From positions 3,120,001 through 3,152,000 of the forward strand of contig OY969938.1 of NCBI GenBank assembly GCA_963704755.1: DNA of 32,000 bases, read 5' to 3'. This document shows, piece by piece, positions 7,865 through 14,470 of this stretch. Position 1 is the first letter of the stretch. Each line of letters begins with the position of its first letter. A model generated the notes under the pieces. That model had not been told where the DNA came from. It did no database searches and worked only from the letters and a program-made list of their open reading frames with translations. Made by a program: the position numbers and the translations under genes. This DNA comes from an uncultured Chloroflexia bacterium (GTDB lineage: Bacteria > Chloroflexota > Anaerolineae > Anaerolineales > Anaerolineaceae).

Positions 7865-9112
7865 ATGCTCATCCATTCTGCCTCCCAACTCCTTACCTTG
7901 TCCGGCGGCCCGCAGCGCGGACGCGACCTGGGCCGCCTCAACATCATCGAAGACGGCGCAGTGCTGGTGCGCGGCGAGACGATCCAGGCGGTCGGCCCAA
8001 GCCGCGACCTGCTGGCGGCTTACCCGGACGAGGAGCGCTTCGACGCGGCCGGCCGGGTGGTGATGCCCGGGCTGATCGACCCGCACACTCACCTGATCTG
8101 GGCCGGCGACCGCGCCAAAGAGTTCGAAATGCGCCTGGAGGGCAAAACCTACCAGGAGATTTCCACCGCAGGCGGCGGGATCCGCGCGACGGTCGCGGCC
8201 ACCCGCGCCGCCGGCGTGGAAGAATTGAAAGCCCAGGCCCGCCCGCGCCTGCAATCCATGCTGGCCCACGGCACCACCACAGCCGAGGCCAAGAGCGGCT
8301 ACGCCTTGCAGCATCCCGGCGAGCTGACCCAGCTCCAGGCCATCCTGGAGCTGGACGACGAGGGTCCGCTCGAGCTGGCGCCGACCTACCTGGGCGCGCA
8401 CGACATCGCCCCCGAATATAAAGATAACCCGGACGCCTATGCCGACCTGTTGTGCAGCCGCTACCTGCCCGAAGTGCGGGTCTGGTGGCAAGCTCATGCC
8501 CACGGCCGGCCGCTGCCCTTCGTGGACGTGTTCTGCGAGTCGATCGCCTTCAACCTGGCCCAGTCCCGCCGGATTCTGGAAACGGCTCAAAGTTTGGGCT
8601 TCCCGCTCAAAATCCACGCCGACGAGTTCGATAACCTGGGCGGAGCCGCCCTGGCGGCGGCCCTGGGCGCGGCCTCGGCCGATCACCTGGTCAAGACCTC
8701 GGCCGAGGACATCCGCGCCCTGGCCGCCGGTGATACGGTGGCCGTCTCACTGCCCTGCACGCCTTTTGGCCTGGCCCAGGCCCACTTCACCCCCGCCCGC
8801 GAGATCCTGGCCGCCGGCGGCCTGCTGGCCATCGCCACCGACCTCAACCCCGGCACAGCCTGGTGCGAGAGCATGCAGTTCGCCATAGCCCTGGCCTGCC
8901 GCTACCTCAAGCTGACCCCGGCCGAGGCCATCGCCGCCGCCACGATCAACGCCGCCGCCGCCATCCGCCGCGCCGGCCGCATCGGTTCGCTGGAGCCCGG
9001 CAAACAGGCCGACCTGTTGGTCCTCTCGGTCAGCGACTATCGTCACCTGGGGTACCGGTTCGGAGGGAATGTCGTCCGAAATGTAATCAAAAAGGGGAAG
9101 GTGAGGGAGTAA
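7865..9112 (+). CDS. hutI: Imidazolonepropionase
   Basis: The blocks PGLIDPHTHLIWAGDRAKEFEMRLEGKTYQEI, GGGI, KIHADE, ADHL and ATDLNPG fit the HutI amidohydrolase pattern. I prefer the ATG at 7865, where GC content rises, over the track start at 7805. Confidence 0.9.
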   Translation: MLIHSASQLLTLSGGPQRGRDLGRLNIIEDGAVLVRGETIQAVGPSRDLLAAYPDEERFDAAGRVVMPGLIDPHTHLIWAGDRAKEFEMRLEGKTYQEISTAGGGIRATVAATRAAGVEELKAQARPRLQSMLAHGTTTAEAKSGYALQHPGELTQLQAILELDDEGPLELAPTYLGAHDIAPEYKDNPDAYADLLCSRYLPEVRVWWQAHAHGRPLPFVDVFCESIAFNLAQSRRILETAQSLGFPLKIHADEFDNLGGAALAAALGAASADHLVKTSAEDIRALAAGDTVAVSLPCTPFGLAQAHFTPAREILAAGGLLAIATDLNPGTAWCESMQFAIALACRYLKLTPAEAIAAATINAAAAIRRAGRIGSLEPGKQADLLVLSVSDYRHLGYRFGGNVVRNVIKKGKVRE

Positions 9113-9423
9113 TTCAGTAATTCGGTGATTCAGTAATTCAGTGATTCGGTGTTTCGGTGTTTCGATGTTTCAGTGTCGAGTGTCAAGTGTCAGGTGTCAG
9201 ACGGTGTTTCGGTTATACAGTGATTCGGTGTTTCAGTATCAGGTCTCAAGTGGCCTGGCACAACGCCGGTGTTACGGAGTCAAGTTTCACGTGTAAAACG
9301 GTGTTTCGGTTATACGGTGATTCGGTGTTTCAGTATCAGGTCTCAAGTGGCCTGGCACAACGGCGATGTTACGGTGTCAAGTGTCACGTGTGAAACGGTG
9401 TTTCGGTCATTCAGTGATTCGGT
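9110..9423 (+). repeat. Left arm: tandem degenerate octamers (TRWTTCRR) and heptamers (TGTCRAG), then longer combinations of the same words
   Basis: Eight octamers run from 9110 to 9173 (taattcag taattcgg tgattcag taattcag tgattcgg tgtttcgg tgtttcga tgtttcag). Heptamers follow at 9174-9201 (tgtcgag tgtcaag tgtcagg tgtcaga). The rest reuses the same words. The array begins on the hutI stop codon. Confidence 0.9.
9201..9423 (+). repeat. 97-bp tandem repeat, about 2.3 copies
   Basis: Units start at 9201, 9298 and 9395. Copies 1 and 2 differ at 6 of 97 positions by my alignment. Confidence 0.9.
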
Positions 9424-9576
9424 TCCGCCTGCCTGTAGATAACGATTTAGATTTGACGTATTGTCGTGGTGAAATAAGCGCCAGGGGGTAATGGCGTGTT
9501 ATTATATTGCAGCTAATTCAATCCTTGCGGTTACATGTGTTACCGGTCAAACGCCGGTAAGTCGTTCGGCATTGAA

Positions 9577-9887
9577 GCACTGAATTACTCTACCACCCAA
9601 ACATTGCCTCCACCTGACTCCTTCCCCCGAGTCACCGAAACACCGTCCCATACCTGACACTTGACACTCGACACCTAAAAATCGAAACACCATAACACTG
9701 AATTACTAAAGCACCCCTGACACTTGACACTGAGTCACAGAATCACTGAATCACCGAAACACCGTACGACACTTGACCCTTGACACTCAACATCGAATCA
9801 CCGTAACACTGAATCACTGCAACACTGCAACACCCCCCTGACACTGAGTCACCGAATCACTGAAATACTGAAATACTGAATCACCGA
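9577..9887 (-). repeat. Right arm: the same word family as 9110-9423 in reverse complement
   Basis: The words are caccgaaacaccg, cctgacacttgacactcgacac, gaatcactgaatcaccgaaacaccg and ctgaaatactgaaatactgaatcaccga. The outer end pairs with 9118-9151. It ends at the SD/ATG of the HD gene. Confidence 0.85.
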
Positions 9888-9895
9888 GGTACCTC

Positions 9896-10531
9896 ATGCC
9901 CACCCTTAAATCGGTAAAACCCTATTACCCCTCCAGCGACCACGTCCACGGGTTCGACCACATCCAGCGCGTGTACGTGATGGCCGAGCGCCTGGCCGCG
10001 GCCGAAGGCGCCGACCTGGAAATCGTGCGGGCCGCGGCGCTGCTGCACGACGTGGAAGGCAGCCGCCCGGAGGGCGACGAACGCGCCAATCATCACAAGC
10101 AGTCGGCCGAGATCGCCGGCGACATCCTGCGCGAGGAAGGCTGGCCGCAAGAGCGCATCGCCGCGGTGCAGCACTGCATCCGCGCCCATCGCTACCGCGA
10201 CAACCGCGAACCGCCGGCCACCATCGAGGCCAAAGTGCTGTTCGACGCCGACAAACTGGACGTGCTGGGCGCCATCGGAGTGGTGCGCGTGCTGGGCTAC
10301 GCCCAACAGGCCGGCCAGCCGGTCTACAGCCCGCCTTCCGAAAAGTTTCTGAACACCGGCATCGAAGAGCCCGGCGAGCCGCACAGCGCCTATCACGAGC
10401 ACCTCTTCAAGCTGCGTAAGGTCAAGGAGCGCCTGTTCACCACCGAGGCGCGCAAGATCGCCGAAAGCCGGCACGCCTATCTGGACGAATTCTTCACCCG
10501 CCTGCTGGCCGAAATGAAAGGCCAGGCGTAA
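9896..10531 (+). CDS. HD-domain metal-dependent phosphohydrolase
   Basis: 211-aa ORF with the H..HD..D pattern (HGFDHIQRV, AALLHDV, HCIRAH, FDADKLD). GAGG lies 6 nt upstream of the ATG. Confidence 0.85.
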   Translation: MPTLKSVKPYYPSSDHVHGFDHIQRVYVMAERLAAAEGADLEIVRAAALLHDVEGSRPEGDERANHHKQSAEIAGDILREEGWPQERIAAVQHCIRAHRYRDNREPPATIEAKVLFDADKLDVLGAIGVVRVLGYAQQAGQPVYSPPSEKFLNTGIEEPGEPHSAYHEHLFKLRKVKERLFTTEARKIAESRHAYLDEFFTRLLAEMKGQA

Positions 10532-10575
10532 ATTGCCCGCTCGAGTGAATTTGCATAACTGTATAGCAAAACCAT

Positions 10576-10604
10576 TTGAACCCAACCGCGAAAACCGCTA
10601 AAAT
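10576..10604 (+). promoter_or_regulatory. Sigma-70-type promoter TTGAAC-N17-TAAAAT ending 6 nt before the ATG (leaderless-type arrangement)
   Basis: ttgaac lies at 10576-10581, followed by a 17-nt spacer and taaaat at 10599-10604. Then caacct precedes the ATG at 10611. No SD is present. Confidence 0.45.
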
Positions 10605-10610
10605 CAACCT

Positions 10611-11234
10611 ATGACCATTCCCAGCGGGCCAATCCTGGTTGTCGAAGATAACGCCAACGTGCGCGAGTTGATCGACGTAACCCTGCGTTTCAAGGGCTAC
10701 CCGGTCGTCACGGCCACCAACGGGCAGGAGGCCCTGGACCTGATCGCCCAGGAAAAGCCGGCCTTGATCATCACCGACATCCTCATGCCCAAAATGGACG
10801 GCTATTCGCTGGCCCACGCTCTGCGCAAAGACCCGGCCACCCGCCAGATCCCGCTGATTTTTATCTCGGCTACCTACCTGACCCCCGAGGACAAGAACTT
10901 TGCCCTCAGCCTGGGCGCGGTGCGTTTTGTCGAAAAGCCGATTGATACGGCCGATTTTCTGCTGACCGTGGCCGAGGTGTTGACCGAGGGCATTGGCGGG
11001 CAATTCCGCCCGCTGGACGATTTGAACTTTTACGAAGGCTACCGCACCCGCCTGGAAAACAAACTGCATCACAAGCAGGTCCAGGTGACTCGCACCGAGC
11101 GCCTGTTGAGCGCCCTGCCCGAGGCGCAGAAACCGGCTTTCGAGACCCTGCTCGCGCGGGTCATCGCCGAGCGCGACGAGATCCAGACCGAGTTGGACCA
11201 GCTCATCGTGATCCTCAATGAACTGAGACAGTAA
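10611..11234 (+). CDS. Stand-alone response-regulator receiver protein with a helical C-terminal tail
   Basis: It carries REC motifs (ILVVEDN, IITDILMPKMDG, PLIFISA, K in VEKP). I recognised no DNA-binding output domain. Confidence 0.85.
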   Translation: MTIPSGPILVVEDNANVRELIDVTLRFKGYPVVTATNGQEALDLIAQEKPALIITDILMPKMDGYSLAHALRKDPATRQIPLIFISATYLTPEDKNFALSLGAVRFVEKPIDTADFLLTVAEVLTEGIGGQFRPLDDLNFYEGYRTRLENKLHHKQVQVTRTERLLSALPEAQKPAFETLLARVIAERDEIQTELDQLIVILNELRQ

Positions 11235-11442
11235 TCCAGTGTTTCAGTGATTCGGTGAGGCAGTGTCAGGTGTCAAGTTTTGGGGGCGAGCAGTGGTTCA
11301 GTGATACAGTTTTTCAGTGATCCGGTTCCTCGTGTCGCGTGTCAAGTGTCAGGGAACGGGTGGTGATACGGTTTTTTAGTGTCATGGTTCGAGTGTCTGA
11401 TGGGGGACAAGGGATTTTAGTGTTCCGGTAACTCGGTGACAG
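11232..11442 (+). repeat. Left arm of the second inverted short-word array
   Basis: The words are cagtgtttcagtgattcggtgaggcagtgtcaggtgtcaag, cagtggttcagtgatacag and cgtgtcaagtgtcaggg. The arm starts on the stop codon of the receiver gene. Confidence 0.8.
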
Positions 11443-11719
11443 GCTTAAAGTAGCATGTCTTTCTGATAAAAGGGTTGTCATTGCGAACCCTGGCCGTTTT
11501 TTGCCCAAGGGGCATGCTGCGCACCAGGGTATGGCAATCTCAACGCCGGTGTTGCAATGCTTCAGTGCTTCAGTCGCCTTTCATATCCAGGAAATTCACT
11601 ATTTGGCCGGCTACGCCTCTCAACTCCCCTCGCCCCTTTAGGGATTGGAACGGAGCCTATTCCTCCCCTGTATCCTTAGCTACCCCCCGGCTTAGAAAGC
11701 CGGGCTACATCTATAAGGC

Positions 11720-11874
11720 GTAGGTTGGGTGCGGGCTAAAAAATGGCGCTGGTCGAGAGGTATGACGTGCATCGGCACAGGTGTTGCCCACACCCAACGT
11801 CCCGGCGAAAGATGTTGGGTTGAGCTTGGCCTCGGTTGATGGGAGTATTGGTAAAACCGCTCAACCCAACCTAC
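11720..11874. repeat. Cluster of GTAGGTTGGGT / ACCCAACCTAC-type inverted repeats
   Basis: gttgggttgagc (11814-11825) pairs perfectly with gctcaacccaac (11859-11870). gtaggttgggtg (11720-11731) pairs with cacccaac (11791-11798) and with acccaacctac (11864-11874). Confidence 0.7.
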
Positions 11875-11889
11875 ATGGGGCATCTAATT

Positions 11890-12003
11890 TTGTCATTGCG
11901 AGAAGGCGTTTTTTGCCGACGAAGCAATCTCAGCCTGAGCAGGCTGTCACAATGGCCAGCGTAGAGATTGCCACGGCCCAACAAACGGGCCTCGCAGTGA
12001 CAA
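11890..12003. repeat. Three-tier nested hairpin element
   Basis: Outer tier: ttgtcattgcgag (11890-11902) with ctcgcagtgacaa (11991-12003), one mismatch. Middle tier: gcaatctc (11924-11931) with gagattgc (11964-11971). Inner tier: the palindrome agcctgagcaggct (11932-11945). Confidence 0.75.
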
Positions 12004-12038
12004 CCCTTTTCTTGAGAAAGCCATGTACTCTCGCTCCC

Positions 12039-12186
12039 CGACACTTGACAAATAGCGCTTGGCACTGTTCCACCGAATCACTGAATTACTGAAACACTGA
12101 ACCACTGCCGCCCCACCCCTGACACTTGACACATGACACAAAGAACTGAAAAACCGAATCACCGAAAAACGGAAACACCGAGTCAC
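12039..12186 (-). repeat. Right arm of the second inverted short-word array (reverse-complement words)
   Basis: The words are cgacacttgaca, ccaccgaatcactgaattactgaaacactgaaccactg, cctgacacttgacacatgacac and aaccgaatcaccgaaaaacggaaacaccgagtcac. The arm abuts the histidine kinase stop. Confidence 0.8.
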
Positions 12187-12191
12187 TCCCC

Positions 12192-13427
12192 TCACCCACT
12201 CTGGTTAATAGGTAACACCGCATAAATCGCCGTGCCCTGGCCGGCAGGGCTCTCGGCGTAGATCTCGCCGCCGTGAGCCTGCACCAGGCTCTTGGAAATG
12301 GCCAATCCCAGCCCCGAGCCGCTCGAATTGGCCGACTTGTAAAACCGGTCGAAAATATGCGGCAGGTCCTCGCCAGGGATGCCGCTGCCCGTATCGGTCA
12401 CACTGAACTTGATCTCCTCCGGGTTGGAGGGGTTCAAAGCACACCCCACGCAGATTTTCCCGCCGGGCGGGGTGTAACGCAGGGCGTTATTCACCAGGTT
12501 GCCCAACACCTCGTGAATGCGCACCGGGTCGCATTCCAGCGCCGGCAGGCCGGCAGCCGTATTCGCAACCAGGCTGACCTCCCTGGTGTTGGCCTGCACC
12601 TTGAACGAATCGACCACCTCGACCACGATCCCGGCCGGGTCGGCCTGCTCGAGCTGGAGCTTCAGCGAGCCGCTCTCCGCCAGAGAGAGCGTACGCAGGT
12701 CGTCGATGATGCGCGAAAGGGTGTGCGTCTCGTCCAGAACCGCTTGCAGCATGTGCGGGTCAGCCGCATAGATCCCATCCAGCATACCTTCCAGGTCCCC
12801 CTGGATCACCGTCAGCGGGGTGCGCAGCTCATGGGTGACGTCGGCCAGCATCTGGCGGCGCTGCTGGTTGTTGATATCCAGGCGATTGGCCAGTGAATTG
12901 ATCGCCCGGGCCAGGGCGCGGTCCTCCGGCTGGCCTCTTTCGTTGATGCGCACCGAGTAATCCCCACCGGCCAGTTTGCTGATGGCGTCCATCGTATCAT
13001 CTACCTGGGTGGCGGTAGAGCGCAGGTTGCGGCCCGATTGGAGCACGGCAAATAATCCACCCAGCAACAAAATCGCCAGGCCGGCTTTGATCAGGGGTGG
13101 AGGACCGCTGGCAGCCCGGCCAAGGAAAGCCGATGAGGAAATCCAAGACAGCAGGAGCGCCGTCATTCCGCTGGCCAGCAGCAGCAAGAAAAATAGAAAA
13201 CAGCCCACCCGGCGATAGATATGCCCGCGCATCCTCCGCCACTTACGCGGATCGGGCCGGTAGGCCGGCGGCCAGGGCTCCCCCTCCGGCCACCAGGGAG
13301 GCGATGAGTGCACCCAGGAAGAAGAATGGTGAAAATTAGGCTGGTGGCGCTCAGGATCGTGTCCGTGCGCACGCCTGTTTTCCGTCCAGCGGTTATGGGA
13401 TTTGCGTGGATCGAAGCCTGGCTTCAT
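12192..13427 (-). CDS. Sensor histidine kinase (two closely spaced TM helices, HAMP-like linker, HisKA, HATPase_c) with a His/Trp/Pro-rich N-terminal tail
   Basis: The H-box is ADVTHELRTPLTVIQG, the N-box is LGNLVNNALRYTP, and the G-boxes are DTGSGIP and GSGLGLAIS. The ATG lies 5 nt after the RR stop. Confidence 0.85.
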   Translation of the reverse strand: MKPGFDPRKSHNRWTENRRAHGHDPERHQPNFHHSSSWVHSSPPWWPEGEPWPPAYRPDPRKWRRMRGHIYRRVGCFLFFLLLLASGMTALLLSWISSSAFLGRAASGPPPLIKAGLAILLLGGLFAVLQSGRNLRSTATQVDDTMDAISKLAGGDYSVRINERGQPEDRALARAINSLANRLDINNQQRRQMLADVTHELRTPLTVIQGDLEGMLDGIYAADPHMLQAVLDETHTLSRIIDDLRTLSLAESGSLKLQLEQADPAGIVVEVVDSFKVQANTREVSLVANTAAGLPALECDPVRIHEVLGNLVNNALRYTPPGGKICVGCALNPSNPEEIKFSVTDTGSGIPGEDLPHIFDRFYKSANSSGSGLGLAISKSLVQAHGGEIYAESPAGQGTAIYAVLPINQSG

Positions 13428-13432
13428 CCGGG

Positions 13433-14113
13433 CTACTTATCCATAAACTTATAGCCCACGCCGTAAACCTTGATAATGTAGAAAGGTTCGCGTGGGTCTG
13501 GCTCGATCTTGCGACGAATATTCTTGATGTGGGCATCGATTGCCCGCTCGTAAGAGTTGATCGCAATGCCATGCACGGCTTCCAGGAGCTGCCCGCGGGT
13601 GAAGATGCGCCCGGGCTGGCGGGCCATCACGGCCAGCAGTTGAAATTCGGTCGGGGTCAGGTTGATCACCCGTTCGTTCATGGTCGCCCGCATGCGGGGG
13701 ATGTCCAGTCGCAGGCCGCCTTCCTCGATCACGTCGGACCCGGGCAGGTTGCTTTCCACCCGGCGCAGGACGGTGCGCACCCGCGCCACCAGCTCGCGCG
13801 GGCTGAAGGGCTTGGTGATGTAATCGTCGGCGCCCAGCTCTAACCCGACCAGCTTATCCGTCTCTTCGGAACGTGCGGTCAGCATAATAATGGGCGTGTT
13901 GGAGGTCTTGCGCATCTCGCGAGTCACGTCCAGGCCGTCCATTTTCGGCAGGCCCAGGTCCAAAACCACCAGGTCCGGGTGGGCCGAGCGGAAAGTGGTC
14001 AGCGCCGACGCGCCATCGAAAGCCCCCAGCACCTTGAACCCGGCGTGCTCCAGGTAATCGCGCGCAATCTGGACTATTTTTGATTCATCATCCACAACAA
14101 GGATCGTTTTCAT
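13433..14113 (-). CDS. OmpR/PhoB-family DNA-binding response regulator
   Basis: The REC domain shows ILVVDDE, VVLDLGLPKMDG and IIMLTA. The winged-helix output shows LTPTEFQLLAVMARQPGRIFTR and VYGVGYKF. Confidence 0.9.
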   Translation of the reverse strand: MKTILVVDDESKIVQIARDYLEHAGFKVLGAFDGASALTTFRSAHPDLVVLDLGLPKMDGLDVTREMRKTSNTPIIMLTARSEETDKLVGLELGADDYITKPFSPRELVARVRTVLRRVESNLPGSDVIEEGGLRLDIPRMRATMNERVINLTPTEFQLLAVMARQPGRIFTRGQLLEAVHGIAINSYERAIDAHIKNIRRKIEPDPREPFYIIKVYGVGYKFMDK

Positions 14114-14122
14114 TTTAGAAAA

Positions 14123-14131
14123 AGTATAGCA
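14123..14131 (-). promoter_or_regulatory. Extended -10 (TGcTATACT) 9 nt upstream of the RR ATG
   Basis: The minus strand reads aaTGcTATACTttttctaaaATG. There is no clear -35. Confidence 0.35.
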
Positions 14132-14143
14132 TTATTGGCGGTT

Positions 14144-14241
14144 GGCTGTTAGCTAAAAGCTGTTAGCGGTTAGCTATTAGCTGTTGGCTTTTAGCTTTTA
14201 GCTTTTAGCCTTTAGCTTTTAGCCTTTAGCAGTTAGCCGCT
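14144..14241 (+). repeat. 14 head-to-tail degenerate heptamers (AGCNNTT / TTAGC core)
   Basis: ggctgtt agctaaa agctgtt agcggtt agctatt agctgtt ggctttt agctttt agctttt agccttt agctttt agccttt agcagtt agccgct. Confidence 0.9.
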
Positions 14242-14336
14242 GATCAGTCGTATATTTATACGAAACAGGTTTGTAACCTCCAAGGGCTGAATGCAGGTAG
14301 TTTACCAAGAATTCGATTCTCCCCGGTAGGCAATTT

Positions 14337-14356
14337 GGGCGCACTGTCGTGCGCCC
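14337..14356. other. GC-rich stem-loop in the unique core (8-bp stem, 4-nt loop)
   Basis: The sequence is gggcgcac tgtc gtgcgccc. No U-tract follows on either strand, so it is not a canonical intrinsic terminator. Confidence 0.6.
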
Positions 14357-14398
14357 ATCTAAGGTGTTTCACTTCATCGCAGTCGCTGATCGCCAGGA

Positions 14399-14470
14399 GC
14401 TACCAGCTAACAGCTAACTGCTAAAAGCTAATCGCTAACCGCTAATGGCTAACCGCTAAAGGCTAACCGC
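14399..14470 (-). repeat. About 10 head-to-tail heptamers GCTAANN, the reverse-complement word of the 14144-14241 array
   Basis: gctacca gctaaca gctaact gctaaaa gctaatc gctaacc gctaatg gctaacc gctaaag gctaacc. The array ends on the stop codon of the 14470-14934 gene. Confidence 0.9.

Noticed and set aside
7790-8686. Long antisense or out-of-frame ORFs inside GC-rich genes: 834-1244, 905-1225, 2590-3036, 3151-3729, 5989-6636, 7790-8686, 9881-10585, 10494-11072, 12273-12896, 15157-15621, 19788-20465, 20808-21491, 25569-26087, 26130-26876, 27426-28133, 28170-28676, 30095-31591.
   Set aside because: These are typical shadow ORFs of high-GC DNA. Their products are Arg/Gly/Ala/Pro-rich and low in complexity with no recognisable motifs. 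In each case the overlapping frame has clear family signatures.
9157-9393. 78-aa ORF (MFRCFSVECQVSGVRRCFGYTVIRCFS..) and similar track ORFs lying in repeats: 11314-11508, 11475-11723, 11781-12092, 11947-12195, 18032-18349.
   Set aside because: They lie wholly inside the short-word or hairpin repeats. The peptides simply echo the repeat period (VIRCFS, CQVS). They have no RBS and no codon bias.
9110-9887. Possible CRISPR array, given the many short repeats in a long non-coding stretch (also considered for 14144-14470).
   Set aside because: The repeat units are only 7-8 nt and lie head-to-tail with no unique spacers of 25-40 nt. The copies are degenerate rather than near-identical. The two halves are in inverted orientation. 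No cas genes are nearby.
14296-14330. tRNA-like T-loop string (gaattcgattctcccc) in the core of the heptamer palindrome. A 7-bp stem with 7-nt loop at about 9539-9559 (ttaccgg tcaaacg ccggtaa) also resembles an anticodon arm.
   Set aside because: No flanking acceptor or D-arm pairing could be built. Position 33 of the would-be anticodon loop is C rather than U. There is no cloverleaf, so I call no tRNA or tmRNA.
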